Under the pieces are notes generated by a model, which saw only the letters and a list, made by a program, of their open reading frames with translations, was not told where the DNA came from and made no database searches. From Eledone cirrhosa (Eukaryota), in assembly GCA_964016885.1 (NCBI GenBank), contig OZ024748.1:50220001-50284000 (forward strand): a stretch of DNA of 64,000 nt. The letters run 5' to 3'. The position numbers were made by a program, and so were the translations under genes. Below are positions 29,811 through 45,028 of this stretch, one piece after another; the first letter of the stretch is position 1, and every line of letters begins with the position of its first letter.

Positions 29811-29942
29811 ATTGTTATTTTTATTATTGATTACGTTGTTGTTTTTAGTATGTGAGAAGTAGAAGGATGGTCTTTTATAATAATTTGTGACAGGATTATA
29901 ATATACACAAACATACGCACAAACACATGCATACATACATAT

Positions 29943-29998
29943 ATACACATATATTAACAGGGTGCAAGTCTTCTTGCACCCTGTTAATATATGTGTAT
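29943..29998. repeat. Perfect hairpin with 26-bp arms and Tc1/mariner-like CAGGGTG..CACCCTG core
   Basis: atacacatatattaacagggtgcaag-tctt-cttgcaccctgttaatatatgtgtat. Confidence 0.85.
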
Positions 29999-30027
29999 GT
30001 TTGTAGTCATGCGTTTGTGCGTGTGTT

Positions 30028-30096
<69 letters not shown>

Positions 30097-30150
30097 GTAT
30101 GTATGTAAAAGGTAAACAGAAATAACAACACAATATATATTAAGTTAACG

Positions 30151-30190
30151 CTTGAAATAGCAGTTTCGGACGCTAGTCCTTCATCAGAAG
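30151..30190 (-). ncRNA. Type I hammerhead motif in a TA-embedded island (30108-30293)
   Basis: CTT-CTGATGA-aGGACtagcGTCC-GAAAC-tgctat-TTC-AAG; stem III degenerate. Confidence 0.65.
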
Positions 30191-30292
30191 AAAGAATGAG
30201 GAATAAGATAGATTGAAGGGATTGAATTGTAAAAAAATGTCTTCAGATAAAAATAGCAGGTCCATTCATGTTGACATCTCTCGGAAAACACA

Positions 30293-30350
<58 letters not shown>

Positions 30351-30672
30351 GTGTGTGTGTATATTTAATTTTACGTTTAATCAATACATATAAAATATGT
30401 ATTGATAATGTTTCTAAAAAAAACTCAATATACTTTTGTTTAGAGCATCCATAATATAAAATAATTTAAAACGATATATATAGATATATATCAATTGAGA
30501 AACTAACCAGGCTTTTATACATATATATATACATATATAAACAAATACAATTTGTTGAATTAAAAAAAAACCCTTACTCACATAACGAATAAGTTATATC
30601 TAAATGGCCGTACTTCCAAATATGACACTCCAATCATAGACTTATCTGTTTCTGAGGACAACCACCCACACA

Positions 30673-30713
30673 CATACTGATGACCCTGTGATAAACAGGC
30701 GAAACTCCAGATC
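30673..30713 (+). ncRNA. Hammerhead core with decayed stems I and III
   Basis: CTGATGA-cCCTGTgataaACAGGc-GAAAC. Confidence 0.55.
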
Positions 30714-30805
30714 AACAAGACTGACATTTTAGCCTCAATATAAATGAATATTTATACTCTACTTCGATATTGCGTACTTCTTTCTCTCAACCGTCAACCA
30801 CATAT

Positions 30806-30881
<76 letters not shown>

Positions 30882-31687
30882 ACACACACACTCACACACA
30901 CAAACACAAACACACACACACACATACACATATATATATGTATGTGTTTGTGATGTTTTAAGGGGTATTTGGCTCCTATCTTTAGCAGTTATTTTCTTGC
31001 CACGTGGACACTACCTTGCCGGTTTGTGGACACGTTTGTGAAGAAGAATAGTCGAGAATTAGTTTATTGTATGTTAAGTGACAAAATATCGTTGGTTCTA
31101 TAATTGTAATGTTAATCTTGAGGCCGTTATCTTTTCTCTCGACTCTCATAATCTGCTTATTGATGACCTGGAAGTGTAATGAGATATCAGCATTCTGCGG
31201 ATGAAATAATTAATGAAAATTTACACTAGAAAGGCCTTTATATTAAAATGTGATATGGTGTGGAGAATAACGCATAAGATAAGTGTGGAACGGTCGAGCT
31301 GTGAAAGCAGCTGAGTTAATAATACTCTCAGCCGCCTGAGTATCACAGAATAGTAGAAAACTAATTATTTAAACAAGACGTTATATAACATCAACAAAAT
31401 CAGCTCAGGGCCATTGAGTAGTATGAGAAAGGAATGATAATAATCGATTGTCAGAGGTGCACATTTCGATAGGAATCCCCCACAGCAAACATAACACCTA
31501 AAATGAGTTAATGAAGAATTCTCTGCCCTGTTACTTAACCTTTTAGAAATAATAGCTAAATATCCCTCAAATCCCATTTCACATTCTTGAGAAATAAAAG
31601 TGCACATTTTGTAGTACTTTGTACACAAACTATGTATAAGACAAAAAAAAAACGGAGCTAATAGTTTAAATATTAGCTTGTTAGGCG

Positions 31688-31910
31688 GGGCGGTTGAGTT
31701 TGCCGAATCGATAGAGCGTCCGACAAAATGCTTTGCGACATATAGTTACGCCTCTTCACATTATGAGTTCAAATTCCGTCGATGTTAGCTTTGCCTTTCA
31801 ACCTTACGGAGTCAATAAAATAAAGTACCAGTAATTCAATGGACTTGATTTAATCGACTTTGTCCTCCCCTCAAACTGTTGGACTTGTGCACCAATCAGA
31901 ATCTATTATT
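31688..31910 (+). mobile_element. SINE family A copy
   Basis: ggcggttgagtttgccgaatcg..gagttcaaattcc..aaaataaagtaccag. Confidence 0.85.
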
Positions 31911-32884
31911 AGCCTGCTAGATAGATATGTTTCTATAGGTAGATATATATAGAGAGAGAGACCCACACATTTTACCCAGCAATAACATCAGCTAAAATAA
32001 TTATAGAGATTGTAAATCATTTTACCAGGTTTTCCTGTCTAATACATTTGAAAAGTGAATGTTACTTATGTAAATCAAATAAGCTTCACCTATAAGTAAA
32101 ATAGCAAACATGATAAGTAATAAAGATTTACAGCAGAGAACATCACAACAATGAACTTTTAATTTCCAGATGCTACTGCGTATGGAGTACTTCTTTCCAA
32201 ACATAACTTATATATATTTAAATGGTGTGTTTTTTTTTTAATTTTCATTACATCGCATTTTCTGAAGGACAATATTATTTGTTACAGGCCTTGGACAGGA
32301 TTGTTAAAATTCTATAAAAAAGATGGAACGATATATTATAATTATTGGGATGACCTACGTTAAAGAAGGAAGACATCTACATGAGTTGTTGGTGTTATTG
32401 TTGCTATTGTTGTTGAAGTTTACATCGAGGTCATCTTAATTTGAAGAGACGAATGATAAAAAAGGTTTCAATATTGTCTTTGAATATGTCCTGATATATT
32501 TCGGCTAAAGTTGCCTATGTTTATGTAACTGAACTTAGCTGCTATGTTTAGAAAGTGACCATGTAAAATCTCCCTCATTGCTATTTCTCCTAAGGTTTTT
32601 ATCACTGTACAAGCTGTGAAGATATTTAGCAACTAACGTATGTATGCACATGTAAGTGTGTGCAAATGGGTTAGGATATTAAATATATTTAGAAACCAAA
32701 TTTGAGAGACAATATCGACTCTAGAGTGAGTTCTTGTGGCATTTCCAGCCAAACAATGAACCAATGTGAAATAGTTGTTTCTCAACCAAGATGACTTAAA
32801 ACATCAATGATGACGGGCGAGATTTCATTCGTTAGTCAAATATCTTTACAGATATTTCGTTTATTCCAAACACACACACACACA

Positions 32885-33490
32885 GGTATGGAGGCCCTCC
32901 GTCGTTTCCCATGATGAGGGCTCCACTTGATTTAATCTGCTCGTGATATTAACGTGTAAGTGGCTAAGCATTCTATCTACAAACATGTGCACCATTAACA
33001 TAGTTATCAGGGAGATTCAGCGTGACAAAGCTGGCTCCTTGAACTACAGGTACAACACATTTTTACCAGTTGAGTGGACTGGAGCATCGGGAAATAAATT
33101 GTCTTGTTCAGGGGCACAACGCGGACCCCGGTATGAGAATCGAAACCATGACTTGGCGATCATGGGCCGAACACCCTAAACCCGGCATGGGCAACCTTTT
33201 TCGAGAAGCGGGCCGAATAAGATATGACTCATCACCAGGCGGGCCGCAAGCGCTCATTTACATTCGTGTCCACATTAATAAAAAAGGGGGTAACTCAGGT
33301 TGTTTTGATTTGTTTCTTCAGAATTCGTACACGTTGTTTTCCTCGATCGTAAAAATGATAGAAAGATAAATTACGACTGAAAATTTGGGGGTAAAAAACC
33401 CAGAAATATTTCATTTAGGTGACTTAGGCGAGTCATTCAGAAGGCTTCGTAGGTTGCCTATGACTGCCCTAAACACTAAGCCACACAACA
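32885..33490 (-). mobile_element. SINE family B-related copy interrupted by a hAT MITE
   Basis: SINE head continues across the insertion (ccgaacaccctaaac|actaagccac). Confidence 0.8.
33182..33466. mobile_element. hAT (Charlie-like) non-autonomous element, 285 bp
   Basis: Imperfect TIRs CCGGCATGGGCAACCT / AGGTTGCCTATGACTG; perfect 8-bp TSD CCCTAAAC at 33174-33181 and 33467-33474. Confidence 0.9.
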
Positions 33491-33561
33491 TCACAATACA
33501 TAGTTATAAACACACACTAACACATTGCCCCAGTGACTGCCCCCCCCCAAAAAAAAAATAT

Positions 33562-33604
<43 letters not shown>

Positions 33605-34084
33605 TAAAATAAAATAAAACATGTCAGTAGACATATAAGCTATTTGTGTAATTCTATATCTGTAACATTATTCTTGTATATATTCGTCTTTGAAAATGTT
33701 GACTGATTTTTACTACATTTTTATATAGAGTTATTTCGATGTTTAACATCACATTCTACTTATAAACCAAAGTACATCTATCAGTAACGATATGTAAAAG
33801 ATCAATCAGAAAGTACATTTATCAATAATAATAAGCAACAGATTAATCTATTGACCAGGACATACCTGCTTCTACTATGCTGTCTTATCAATTAGATCCA
33901 CATTCGGCTGATGATTAAAAGGTGCTCGGTGAATGTCAAGCCCAAGACATAATCATTAAAATCCAGGTCGATAATACAATGTATTTATAGCAAATATGTA
34001 AAATCTATTCCCATACAAAATATCCAGTAGTAAAAAAAATGTACAATATACATGTTAATAAGAAAACAAAAAAAAAAGAGAAGA

Positions 34085-34735
34085 AAATAATGGTTTCTGA
34101 TTTTGGGGGAGGAGAAAGATGCCTAAATTGACCTCAGTGCGTGACTGGTACTTTATTTCATATGTAAGGATAACAGGAAAAACTAACCTCGGCGGGTTTG
34201 AACTTAGAATGAAAGAGCAGTAACTTTATATCACAAAGCTTGTTGTCCGACGCTCTACCGAAACTGCCAACCCAGACTGAATATTTTCAGATTTTGATTT
34301 CTTCGGCCTTTCTCTCTCTCCAGAAATATCTCCCTCGGTGCTTATGTTAGTCAAGGTATTTGTGTCGGATCTTTAGTCCTGTGTTCAATATTTGTGTCGG
34401 ATCTTTAGTCCTGTGTTCAATATTACAGATGACAACATTGCTTCCGTCCTAATAAGGTCGATGGAATAAAAGCCCCTGTCAAATACTGGGTAGATGTAAT
34501 TGACTTTGACGTCGCCCTACATTGTTTGTCTTGTGCCTAAGATTAGCAACCCTAATTAAAACAATAATTATATTTCATTAATATTAACTGTGAAGGCACA
34601 TGGCTTAGTGGTTAGAGCATTGGACTTGCAATCAAATGGTTGTGAGTTCAATTCTCGGACCGGGTGATGTGTTGTTTCCTTCAGCAAGACACTTTATTTC
34701 ACGTTGCTCCAGTTTACTCAGTTGTAGAAATGAAA
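34085..34735. mobile_element. Cluster of diverged SINEs (A minus, A plus, B plus) with a 32-bp tandem duplication at 34357-34420
   Basis: Family motifs; head ggcacatggcttagtggttagagc at 34596. Confidence 0.75.
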
Positions 34736-35034
34736 TGATAGGACTGGGATCCTTATCATTAAATCACCCAAGACACCTCCAACGAGATATACCTTGGAGG
34801 GGGCCAGCTAAACCTGCATAGGTGTGAGCTGTCTACACACACAATATTAACTTGCGTTGTGTCATTTCAATTGCATAGAATTGTTGCACAAGTGAACACA
34901 GCTATATGTGACTTGGTTACGTGCATAGAATTGTTCTGGTGTTGTGCATTTATATTATATTTAGAATTCACAACATAGTGTATGATATATCCATTATATA
35001 TATATATGGGTAAGTTAATTGAATTTTGCTTTTT

Positions 35035-35250
35035 TAGTTATGGCTTTCCCTGTGTGGGACGTCCATCCCCGATAGGGGAATTTATTTATTTTATTATATT
35101 TATACATAGTTTATTTTATATTTGTATATCTTCATTGTTAAATTAGTCTTGCCATAGTGCACTTTTACTTGTAAACCCCCACTGTCCCTGTCTTTGTATT
35201 GTCCCCTACATGTCGGCCCTTGTGGCTAATAAATGAAATCATTATTATTA
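35035..35250 (+). mobile_element. 3' UTR fragment related to the Tx1-like LINE
   Basis: tgtaaac..tttgtattgtcccct..ccttgtggctaataaa resembles 48660-48720. Confidence 0.55.
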
Positions 35251-35648
35251 GGCGGTGCATTGGCAGTATCGGTAGAGGGTCGGACGCCATGCTTTCCAGC
35301 ATAGTTACGTCCCTTTACGATCTGAGTTCAAATCCCGCCGAGGTTGACTTTGCCTTTCATCCTTACGGGGTCGATAAAATAAAGTACCAGTAATGAACTG
35401 GTTAATTGCTGGCTTTGTGCCTAAAGTAGAAACAATTATTATCAGGCTGTGGTGGATTGGCAGTATCGGTAGAGGGTCGGACATCATGCTTTGACGCATA
35501 GAGTTACGGGCCTTGCCATTCTGAGTTCAAATCCCGCCGAGGTTAACTTTGCCTTTCATCCTTACGGGGTCGATAAAATAAAGTACCAGTAATCTACTAG
35601 GTAATTGCTGGCCTTGTGCCAAAAGTAGAAACAATTATTATTATTATT
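35251..35648 (+). mobile_element. Head-to-tail SINE family A dimer
   Basis: Two full units of about 195 bp with A/B-box-like motifs and (ATT)n ends. Confidence 0.93.
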
Positions 35649-35830
35649 GAAAGTATTCTCGGTATTTTCGTTAAGACGATTCAATTCTTTTCCTCCTTAT
35701 GACGGGGAATATTTCTGCCTGTAAGACTTAATTTTCTCTTTCACTGTCACATTACTGTTTCCAATGATCTAGCGTAATTCCAAGAAATATTTTTCTCCTT
35801 CTACCACTCTCCCTCTCTCGCTCACCCCCT

Positions 35831-35875
<45 letters not shown>

Positions 35876-36034
35876 TACACATATATAAATATATATTTAT
35901 AAACATTTACATATGTCTATATATATATGTATATATATGTCTATATATATACCTATATGTCTATATATATATAAATATATATCTCCATATATATATATAT
36001 ATATATATATATGTCTATATATAAATATATATGT

Positions 36035-36068
<34 letters not shown>

Positions 36069-36070
36069 GC

Positions 36071-36167
<97 letters not shown>

Positions 36168-36208
36168 TATATATATATAAATATATATGTCCATATATAT
36201 ATATATGC

Positions 36209-36287
<79 letters not shown>

Positions 36288-36342
36288 TATATATATATAA
36301 ATATATATGTCCATATATATATATATGCATATATATAAATAA

Positions 36343-36374
<32 letters not shown>

Positions 36375-36744
36375 TACATACACACAGAGAGAGCTGCACA
36401 CACGTACACTTACTTATACACTATATATATAAGTGGTTATGTCTTAACGTTTATTCTAAATATGTCTACCATATTATTATTGAATTTTAAACGATACGCT
36501 CTCACATAGTCATTCCCCTCATTCTCACACACACACATTCACACTCTCTCCCACACATCATTGGTTTTCACACATACAGACAAAGAGAGACACATACACA
36601 AAGAGACTCAGACGCAGAGACACCCACACAACCTGCTTCGTTCTGTAACTGGACCACACCAGTATATACCACTCTGTGAATTTAACTTCTAATGTATCAA
36701 TTTATTTATCTTCCTGTCCCATCTTTTATGTTCCTATTTATCTT

Positions 36745-36799
<55 letters not shown>

Positions 36800-36818
36800 T
36801 ATGTACATATACATATAT

Positions 36819-36853
<35 letters not shown>

Positions 36854-36934
36854 ATTTATATATATGTGTGTGTGTCTTCATCTTGGTCGCCACTGATTTA
36901 TATCTGAAATATCTCTATGTCCATATCTATCTTA

Positions 36935-37011
<77 letters not shown>

Positions 37012-37274
37012 CTCTCTCTCTCTCTTTTTCTCTATCTCTCTATATATCTATCTATCTATCTATATCTATCTATATCTATCTATCTATCTATCTATCTATC
37101 TCTCGCTCTATATATATATATGTAGATGTATATATATATATATACAGTATATATATATATATGTATATATATATATGCTCACGAACTCCTTCAAAATGAT
37201 TTTAATGAGTATGATTTCACTTCTACGTTTATAATATAATCGCTGTATGCTTATGTAAAAATATGTATAAGCAC

Positions 37275-37307
<33 letters not shown>

Positions 37308-37574
37308 ACACATACACGCATACACATACACACACAGACACGCATACACACACATATGTATATATATTTGTATATACATATATATATATATAAACCTATA
37401 TATATACATGTATATATGTATATGAGTGTGTGTGTGTGTGTGTGTGTGTGTATGCGTGTGTGTCTATAAATTCCATTATACATCCGTTATTCCTACAATT
37501 TCGTTTATTTCCACTTAGTATTAGCTGTCAACTGATATCTTTTTTTTAAAGAAAACATTATTAAGAATTTATTA

Positions 37575-37612
<38 letters not shown>

Positions 37613-38237
37613 TGTAGGAAAGAAAGAGATTAAAACGTTTCAAAATTTATAGGCTGCACCCAAATGCACAAACCACTTTTTTTTACACTGTGATAGACAT
37701 AATTTCAAGACTTCTTGAAAGAAGAAGAAGAAGAAGAAGAAGAAGAACAACAACAACAACAACAACAACAGCAACAACAACAACAACAACAACAAAAAAA
37801 CAAAACAAAACAATGAGGCAAAACTAGAACGGCGAAGATTTGAATATAAAAACATCGATGACAAAAAGAACAATAATGAAAAACTATTTGAAATAAATAT
37901 ATATAGAAATAAAACAATATAAATTACGTGTTTTTTCATTAGCGTTTCGTTTCGTTTAATTTTCTATGATATGTTATTTTAATGTGAAATTTCTTTTCGT
38001 CATACGTATTGCTTATTTTTGTACGTTATTCTCTCTTACTTTTCTCTTTCTCTATTTTATCTATCTAACTCTCTATCTATCTCTCTGTCTCTCCCTACCT
38101 CTTTCTCCCCCATTGAATCTCCATTTTTAAAGCGTGGGGTTATATGTACGTACATACGTATGTATGTGTGTATGTATGTATTGGTGTATGCAAGTATATA
38201 TGTATATGTACATATAAATATAGAGATATATAAGTGA

Positions 38238-38284
<47 letters not shown>

Positions 38285-38432
38285 CATAAATACATAAATA
38301 CAAACATACATATCTACATATGTATACATATATAGATATGTATGTATTTACGTGTATATATATATATATATATATGTATACATATATATATATATATGCA
38401 TATATATTTACACACACACATATATATATATT

Positions 38433-38483
<51 letters not shown>

Positions 38484-39879
38484 CATAAATATATATATAT
38501 GACAGTATCTGTGTATCTGTGTATGTGAGTGTGTGTGTTTATGTGTAGCCGTGTGGCAAAGATACATATAATTCTTTATATAGAGAAAACTATTTTCTCA
38601 TTATTACTTGCGGAGTGGATGTTATTTAAGTGGTGGCTGAGAGACTATTGAGGTGCCTTTGATGAAAGACTTAAAAGTTGTTGTTTAGAAGCAGATCAAA
38701 CCCACTCAAAGGCATAGCAGGCGTTATCATGCAGCCATGTTGGTTGTATCTGGGACTACAGTATTTAATGTGTGTCCTTCAATTTTTTTAAAGATTGGGG
38801 TGTGATATGGTTACTAATATCATCACGTGGAATAACCACTAAGTTAGTTCCCCCGTTGTGTAGTATATCTACCGTTCTTTTGGCTTGTTGTTATTTTGAT
38901 CGTAATGCAACGAATTGGCAGAGTTGTTAGAATATAGGAGAGAAGGCTTTGCCATATTCGTTCCATCTTTTTCCGTTCTCTGAGTTCAACTTTGTCTTTC
39001 ATCATTTCGAGGTCGATAAAAAGGTTGCAGTCAGGTAGTGGTGTTGATTCTTCTTGTATATCTCATTACCTCTTCCTTTCTATCATTCTTTCTCTTTCGC
39101 AGGAAGAAATGATCTGTGTTTTGACCTGGAGAAGATATGGGCTCCGCCAACTAAACATGTCCATATATACATAGATACATACATGCATACATACATACAT
39201 ACATACAAACTTACATACATACATACATACATAGACACATATATAGAAACATACATACATACAAACATACATACACGATGATGGCTGCAACTCAATTTCG
39301 AGTAATGCCATCGCTTGATTCTTAAACATGAGCCTCATGGACGTGGCATTACTGTCCTGCTAGGAACTTGCCTATGGCCAGCCATGCCATGCATTGCAAA
39401 AAAATGTCACATATCAAACGATGCTTTTGCTTGAAGCTTTTTTAAGTGAAAAAAAGCTTTATATGGGGTCTCTCCCACTCTCAAATGCATTTACCCAAAA
39501 AGTGACCTCCTATGGTGGTTATGGTGCAGACTAGGAGTCTCATGCTCCACCCCACCCCCCTCCCCACAAAAAAAAACATAGATATATACTTCTTTATCGT
39601 GTTAGGAGTGATTGTTTTGATGTATTTTAATAGGAGTCACAGTAACGGAAGTGGTAGTAATATTAGACATAATTGATTTGGGAGCTCTTTTGATTTTGAA
39701 GTTATTTAGCTTCTGGTTAACACTAACCAATCAGTTCTATAATATTGCAGAGCCAACAGTAACGACCCTTTAACAAATAGGTTGTCACGGAATGCATGGT
39801 TCAAAATTTCACATTCCCTTGCCTGCATTTACAAAGAGAGAATGGAGGTGGGTAAAAGAAGATGGAGAAAATTCTATAC

Positions 39880-40050
39880 AATTATCTGGATGGTATATCT
39901 TAGCTGTACTCTATCCACAAAATAGCAAAAGCCTTGCCACAGAGAGCAGCCAGCGATAATCACTGCACCGGTAGCTCCTTCCTGAGATTAAAATACGCTT
40001 CTCCAGAATTTGCGGAGCTAAGCCACAGTCTTCTGATTGAGAAGATCTAA
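39880..40050 (-). mobile_element. Very decayed LINE RT N-terminal fragment
   Basis: CGLAPQILEKRILISGRSYRCSDYRWLLSVA / GKAFAIL resembles P.DW..G....CSNYRGISLLSV.GK.F. Confidence 0.4.
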
Positions 40051-40612
40051 AGTTTCAATAGAAAATTGTATAAAAAGAGAACAATTGGGCAAAATCGGGA
40101 TTTATTTATATTTCCTTCCTTAAAAGTTACAGGCGGCGGTTCGTGGCTTTCTTACAACTATTTTAAAAGTATTTTCTTTTCTTTTCTGTTTAAGTTTTCC
40201 AAAGATACAAGGGTCTGATTCGGGTGAGATTTGGCTGCTATTTCGTGGGAGGGCGAGCAAATATACAGATTATCAATTGCCTGTAGTTGTTTTTATTGGG
40301 AAATGTAGATTCATGCTATTTTAATGGCGCTGGAGGTAAAGATGGTGCAATGGGGATGGTGTTGTTTACGAGGTCGATATATCATGTGTGGAGGGGATGT
40401 AGATAGTGGCAGAGATTGATACCTAAAGCTAACTACAAAAGTATCAATAAAATAAATTTTAACAGTGTATATGTTTTTACATAGCAGTGTGTGTATGTGT
40501 CATATAAATGCGTATGTCTGCGTGTGAATGTGTGTGAATATATAGATGCACTTTTATATTACTCTGGAAGCATGTGTTGATCTATATTAATCAATGTATA
40601 TACATAAATATG

Positions 40613-40650
<38 letters not shown>

Positions 40651-40814
40651 TATATGTGTGTGTGTATATATATGTATATATGTATGTATATATATATGTA
40701 TATATATATATGTGTATGTATGTATATATGTATATGTAAATATAAATGTATATATATACATATATGTATATTCATGAATTTATATATATATGCATACATA
40801 TATACGTATATATG

Positions 40815-40902
<88 letters not shown>

Positions 40903-40954
40903 CATATAAATACATATATACATATATATATATATGTATACACACACACACACG

Positions 40955-41043
<89 letters not shown>

Positions 41044-41199
41044 ACATACATATAACAAGCATACAGGCTGGTGTATGTGTATGAGAATGTGTGCCCATAA
41101 GTCGGATAAAATTGCTTGTGGGAGCAAGATTACCAGCAAATCAATACATTACTCAACATTTGTTTATGTAATACAGGTGTATTTTAAATATGTTTACGC

Positions 41200-41247
<48 letters not shown>

Positions 41248-41270
41248 ATATATATATATATATCTATATA

Positions 41271-41338
<68 letters not shown>

Positions 41339-41389
41339 CTATTTACACATACCCACTCACACAGACACTCATATACATACATATATACT

Positions 41390-41436
<47 letters not shown>

Positions 41437-41824
41437 TTATTCATTAAATAAATACAAATATATATATATGGGTGGTTTGTGGGTGTGTTGAACTGTGTCC
41501 ACGAGGGAAAAATCTGCATACTTACTTAAGTATATAAAGATTTTATATTGCATAAGTCAGAATGATATAAAATTGAAACCATTGCTGCGTTAGTATATAT
41601 TGTATTAACGGCTAGGGTAGTTGATGAAGGGGTGGAGCACTGTTGATATAGTGTGGTGATGTGGGAGGAAATAAACGGGGCTTGGGGTGGCAAAGGGTAA
41701 TACATAAGAATATATTGATAGCTTATAGGGGAGTTCAGTGATTCTCTAGTTTTCTTAGTGATTGTTATAATGATTTCATGGGTAGTGATGGTTAGTTGCA
41801 TGATCGGGTGTCTACTGAAATCTT

Positions 41825-43385
41825 GATGATGATGATGATGATGAGGAGCAGGAGGAGGAGGTGGAGGAGGAGGAGGAGGAGGAGGAGGGGGTGGTGATGG
41901 TTTTAGTGATAGTGGTTAATGTGATGTTGATAGTGATTATGGTATGGGTGATGTTGAAGGTGAAGGTGATGGTGTTAGTGGTGGTGGTAGTGGTGGTGGT
42001 GGTGGTGGTGGTGTTAGTGATGGTGGTGTTAGTGATGGTGGTAGTGGTGGTGATGGTGGTGGTGTTAGTAGTGGTGGTGGTGGTGGTGATGGTGGTATTA
42101 GTGATGGTGGTAGTGGTGGTAGTGTTAGTAGTGGTGGTGGTGGTGGTGGTGGTGGTGTTAGTGATGGTGGTAGTGGTGGTGGTGATGTTGGAGGTAATGT
42201 TAGTGGCGTGGCAGTGGTGGTGGCGGTGGTGGTGTTGGTTATGGTGGTGGCGGTGGTGGTGTTGATTATGGGGGTCGCGGTGTTAGTGATGGTAGTAGTG
42301 GTGGCGGTGGTGGTTATGGTGGTGATGTTGTTAGTGGTAGTGGTTATGGTGGTGGTGGTGTTAGTGATGGTGGTAGTGGAGGTGGTGGTGGTTATGGTGG
42401 TGATGTTGTTAGTGGTAGTGGTTATGGTGGTGGTGGTGTTAGTGGTGGTGGTAGGGAAGTGGTGATGGTGATGATGTTAGTGGTGGTGGTTATGGTGGTG
42501 GTGGTGGTGGTCGAGGTGATAGAGGTTAAGGTGTTTGTGATGATGATGGTGGTGGTGGTTGTAGTGGAGGCGGTGGTGGTGATGATGTTAGTGGTGCTGG
42601 TGGTAGTGGTGGTGGTCGAGGTGATAGAGGTTAAGGTGTTTGTGATGACGATGGTGGTGGTGGTGGTGTTAGTGGTGGTGGTAGTGGAGGTGGTGATGGT
42701 GATGATGTTAGTGGTGGTGGTTATGGTGGTGGTGGTGTGGTGGTGGTGGTGGTGGTGGTCGAGGTGATAGATGTTAAGGTGTTTGTGATGATGATGGTGG
42801 TGGTAGTGGTGTTAGTGGTGGTTGTAGTGGAGGTGGTGGTGGTGATGATGTTAGTGGTGCTGGTGGTAGTGGAGGTGGTGGTGGTGATGTTAGTGGGGGT
42901 GGTTATGGAGGTAGTGGTAGTGGTGGTGGTGGTCAAGGTGATAGATGTTAAGGTGTTTGTGATGATGATGGTGGTGGTGGTGGTGTTGTTAGTGGTGGTG
43001 GTGATTTTAGTGGGGGTGGTTATGGAGGTAGTGGTAGTGGTGGTGGTGGTCAAGGTGATAGAGGTTAAGGTGTTTGTGATGATGATGGTGGTGGTGGTGG
43101 TGTTGTTAGTGGTGGTGGTGATTTTAGTGGGGGTGGTTATGGAGGTAGTGGTAGTGGTGGTGGTGGTCAAGGTGATAGAGGTTAAGGTGTTTGTGATGAT
43201 GATGGTGGTGGTGGTGGTGTTGTTAGTGGTGGTGGTGATTTTAGTGGGGGTGGTTATGGAGGTAGTGGTAGTGGTGGTGGTGGTCAAGGTGATAGAGGTT
43301 AAGGTGTTTGTGATGATGATAGTGGTGGTGGTAGTGGAGGTGGTGGTGGTGTTCAAGGTAATAGATGTTAAGGTATTGGTGATGA
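41825..43385. repeat. Degenerate (GGT)n tract with a 117-bp higher-order repeat at about 42890-43330
   Basis: attttagtggggg recurs at 43004, 43121 and 43238. Confidence 0.9.
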
Positions 43386-43427
43386 TATTCTCCTCTCCCT
43401 TGGTCTCTCTGCAGTATTAGGGGAAGA

Positions 43428-44420
43428 TGGTAAACAGCAGTAAGGGGGTCGGCTGGAAGAGGTAACAGCAGTGAGGGGTTCGGCTGGAAGAGGTAACAGC
43501 AGTGAGGGGGTCGGCTGGAAGAGGTAACAGCAGTGAGGGGTTCGGCTGGAAGAGGTAACAGCAGTGAGGGGTTCGGCTGGAAGAGGTAACAGCAGTAAGG
43601 GGGTCGGCTGGAAGAGGTAACAGCAGTGAGGGGTTCGGCTGGAAGAGGTAACAGCAGTGAGGGGGTCGGCTGGAAGAGGTAACAGCAGTAAGGGGGTCGG
43701 CTGGAAGAGGTAACAGCAGTGAGGGGGTCGGCTGGAAGAGGTACAGCAGTAAGGGGGTCGGCTGGAAGAGGTACAGCAGTAAGGGGGTCGGCTGGAAGAG
43801 GTAACAACAGTGAGGGGGTCGGCTGGAAGAGGTAACAGCAGTAAGGGGGTCGGCTGGAAGAGGTAACAGCAGTAAGGGGGTCGGCTGGAAGAGGTAACAT
43901 CAGTAAGGGGGTCGGCTGGAAGAGGTAACAGCAGTAAGGGGGTCGGGTGGAAGAGGTAACAGCAGTAAGGGGGTCGGCTGGAAGAGGTAACAGCAGTAAG
44001 GGGGTCGGCTGGAAGAGGTAACAGCAGTAAGGGGGTCGGCTGGAAGAGGTAACAGCAGTAAGGGGGTCGGCTGGAAGAGGTAACAGCAGTAAGGGGGTCG
44101 GCTGGAAGAGGTAACAGCAGTAAGGGGGTCGAGTGGAAGAGGTACAGCAGTAAGGGGGTCGGGTGGAAGAGGTACAGCAGTAAGGGGGTCGGGTGGAAGA
44201 GGTACAGCAGTAAGGGGGTCGGGTGGAAGAGGTACAGCAGTAAGGGGGTCGGGTGGAAGAGGTAACAGCAGTAAGGGGGTCGAGTGGAAGAGGTACAGCA
44301 GTAAGGGGGTCGGGTGGAAGAGGTACAGCAGTAAGGGGGTCGGCTGGAAGAGGTAACAGCAGTAAGGGGGTCGGGTGGAAGAGGTACAGCAGTAAGGGGG
44401 TCGGGTGGAAGAAGTAACAG
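43428..44420. repeat. 30/31-bp G-rich minisatellite (GAGGTAACAGCAGTAAGGGGGTCGGCTGGAA)n, about 32 units
   Basis: Direct tandem array without spacers. Confidence 0.97.
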
Positions 44421-44689
44421 CCAGATGAATTAGCAAGTGAAATACTGTGATAAATGGCAGAGATACAGAAAATACTCTTTATTGTTCTTCAAATGGTTTC
44501 TCAATTGTCTGCTTTCAATAAATTGCATCTTCTCTGATAATTATTTTATACATACATACATACATACATACATACATACAAACGTACACATATAAATATA
44601 TACATATATAGATACTTTTATGCATACATATATATATATATATACATACACACACTTATATATATATATATATATATAGATACATACAT

Positions 44690-44828
<139 letters not shown>

Positions 44829-44836
44829 ATATATAT

Positions 44837-45028
44837 ATAGGAAAAAGTATGACCCCGACGGCAGAGCTCAAGCCGTTTCGACGACTATTTCTGGACTGAA
44901 ATAGCCGTCAAAACGGCTTGAGCTCTGCCGTTGGGGTCATACGTTTTCCTATTTCCCACTCTACTACCCTAAGTATTGAGTACTCTGGTGCGTTATGGTC
45001 CACCTGGTTCCTTACCACAATTCCTTTG

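Noticed and set aside
43428-44420. CRISPR-like array of about 31-bp repeats
   Set aside because: No unique spacers, no cas genes, eukaryotic context; a plain minisatellite.
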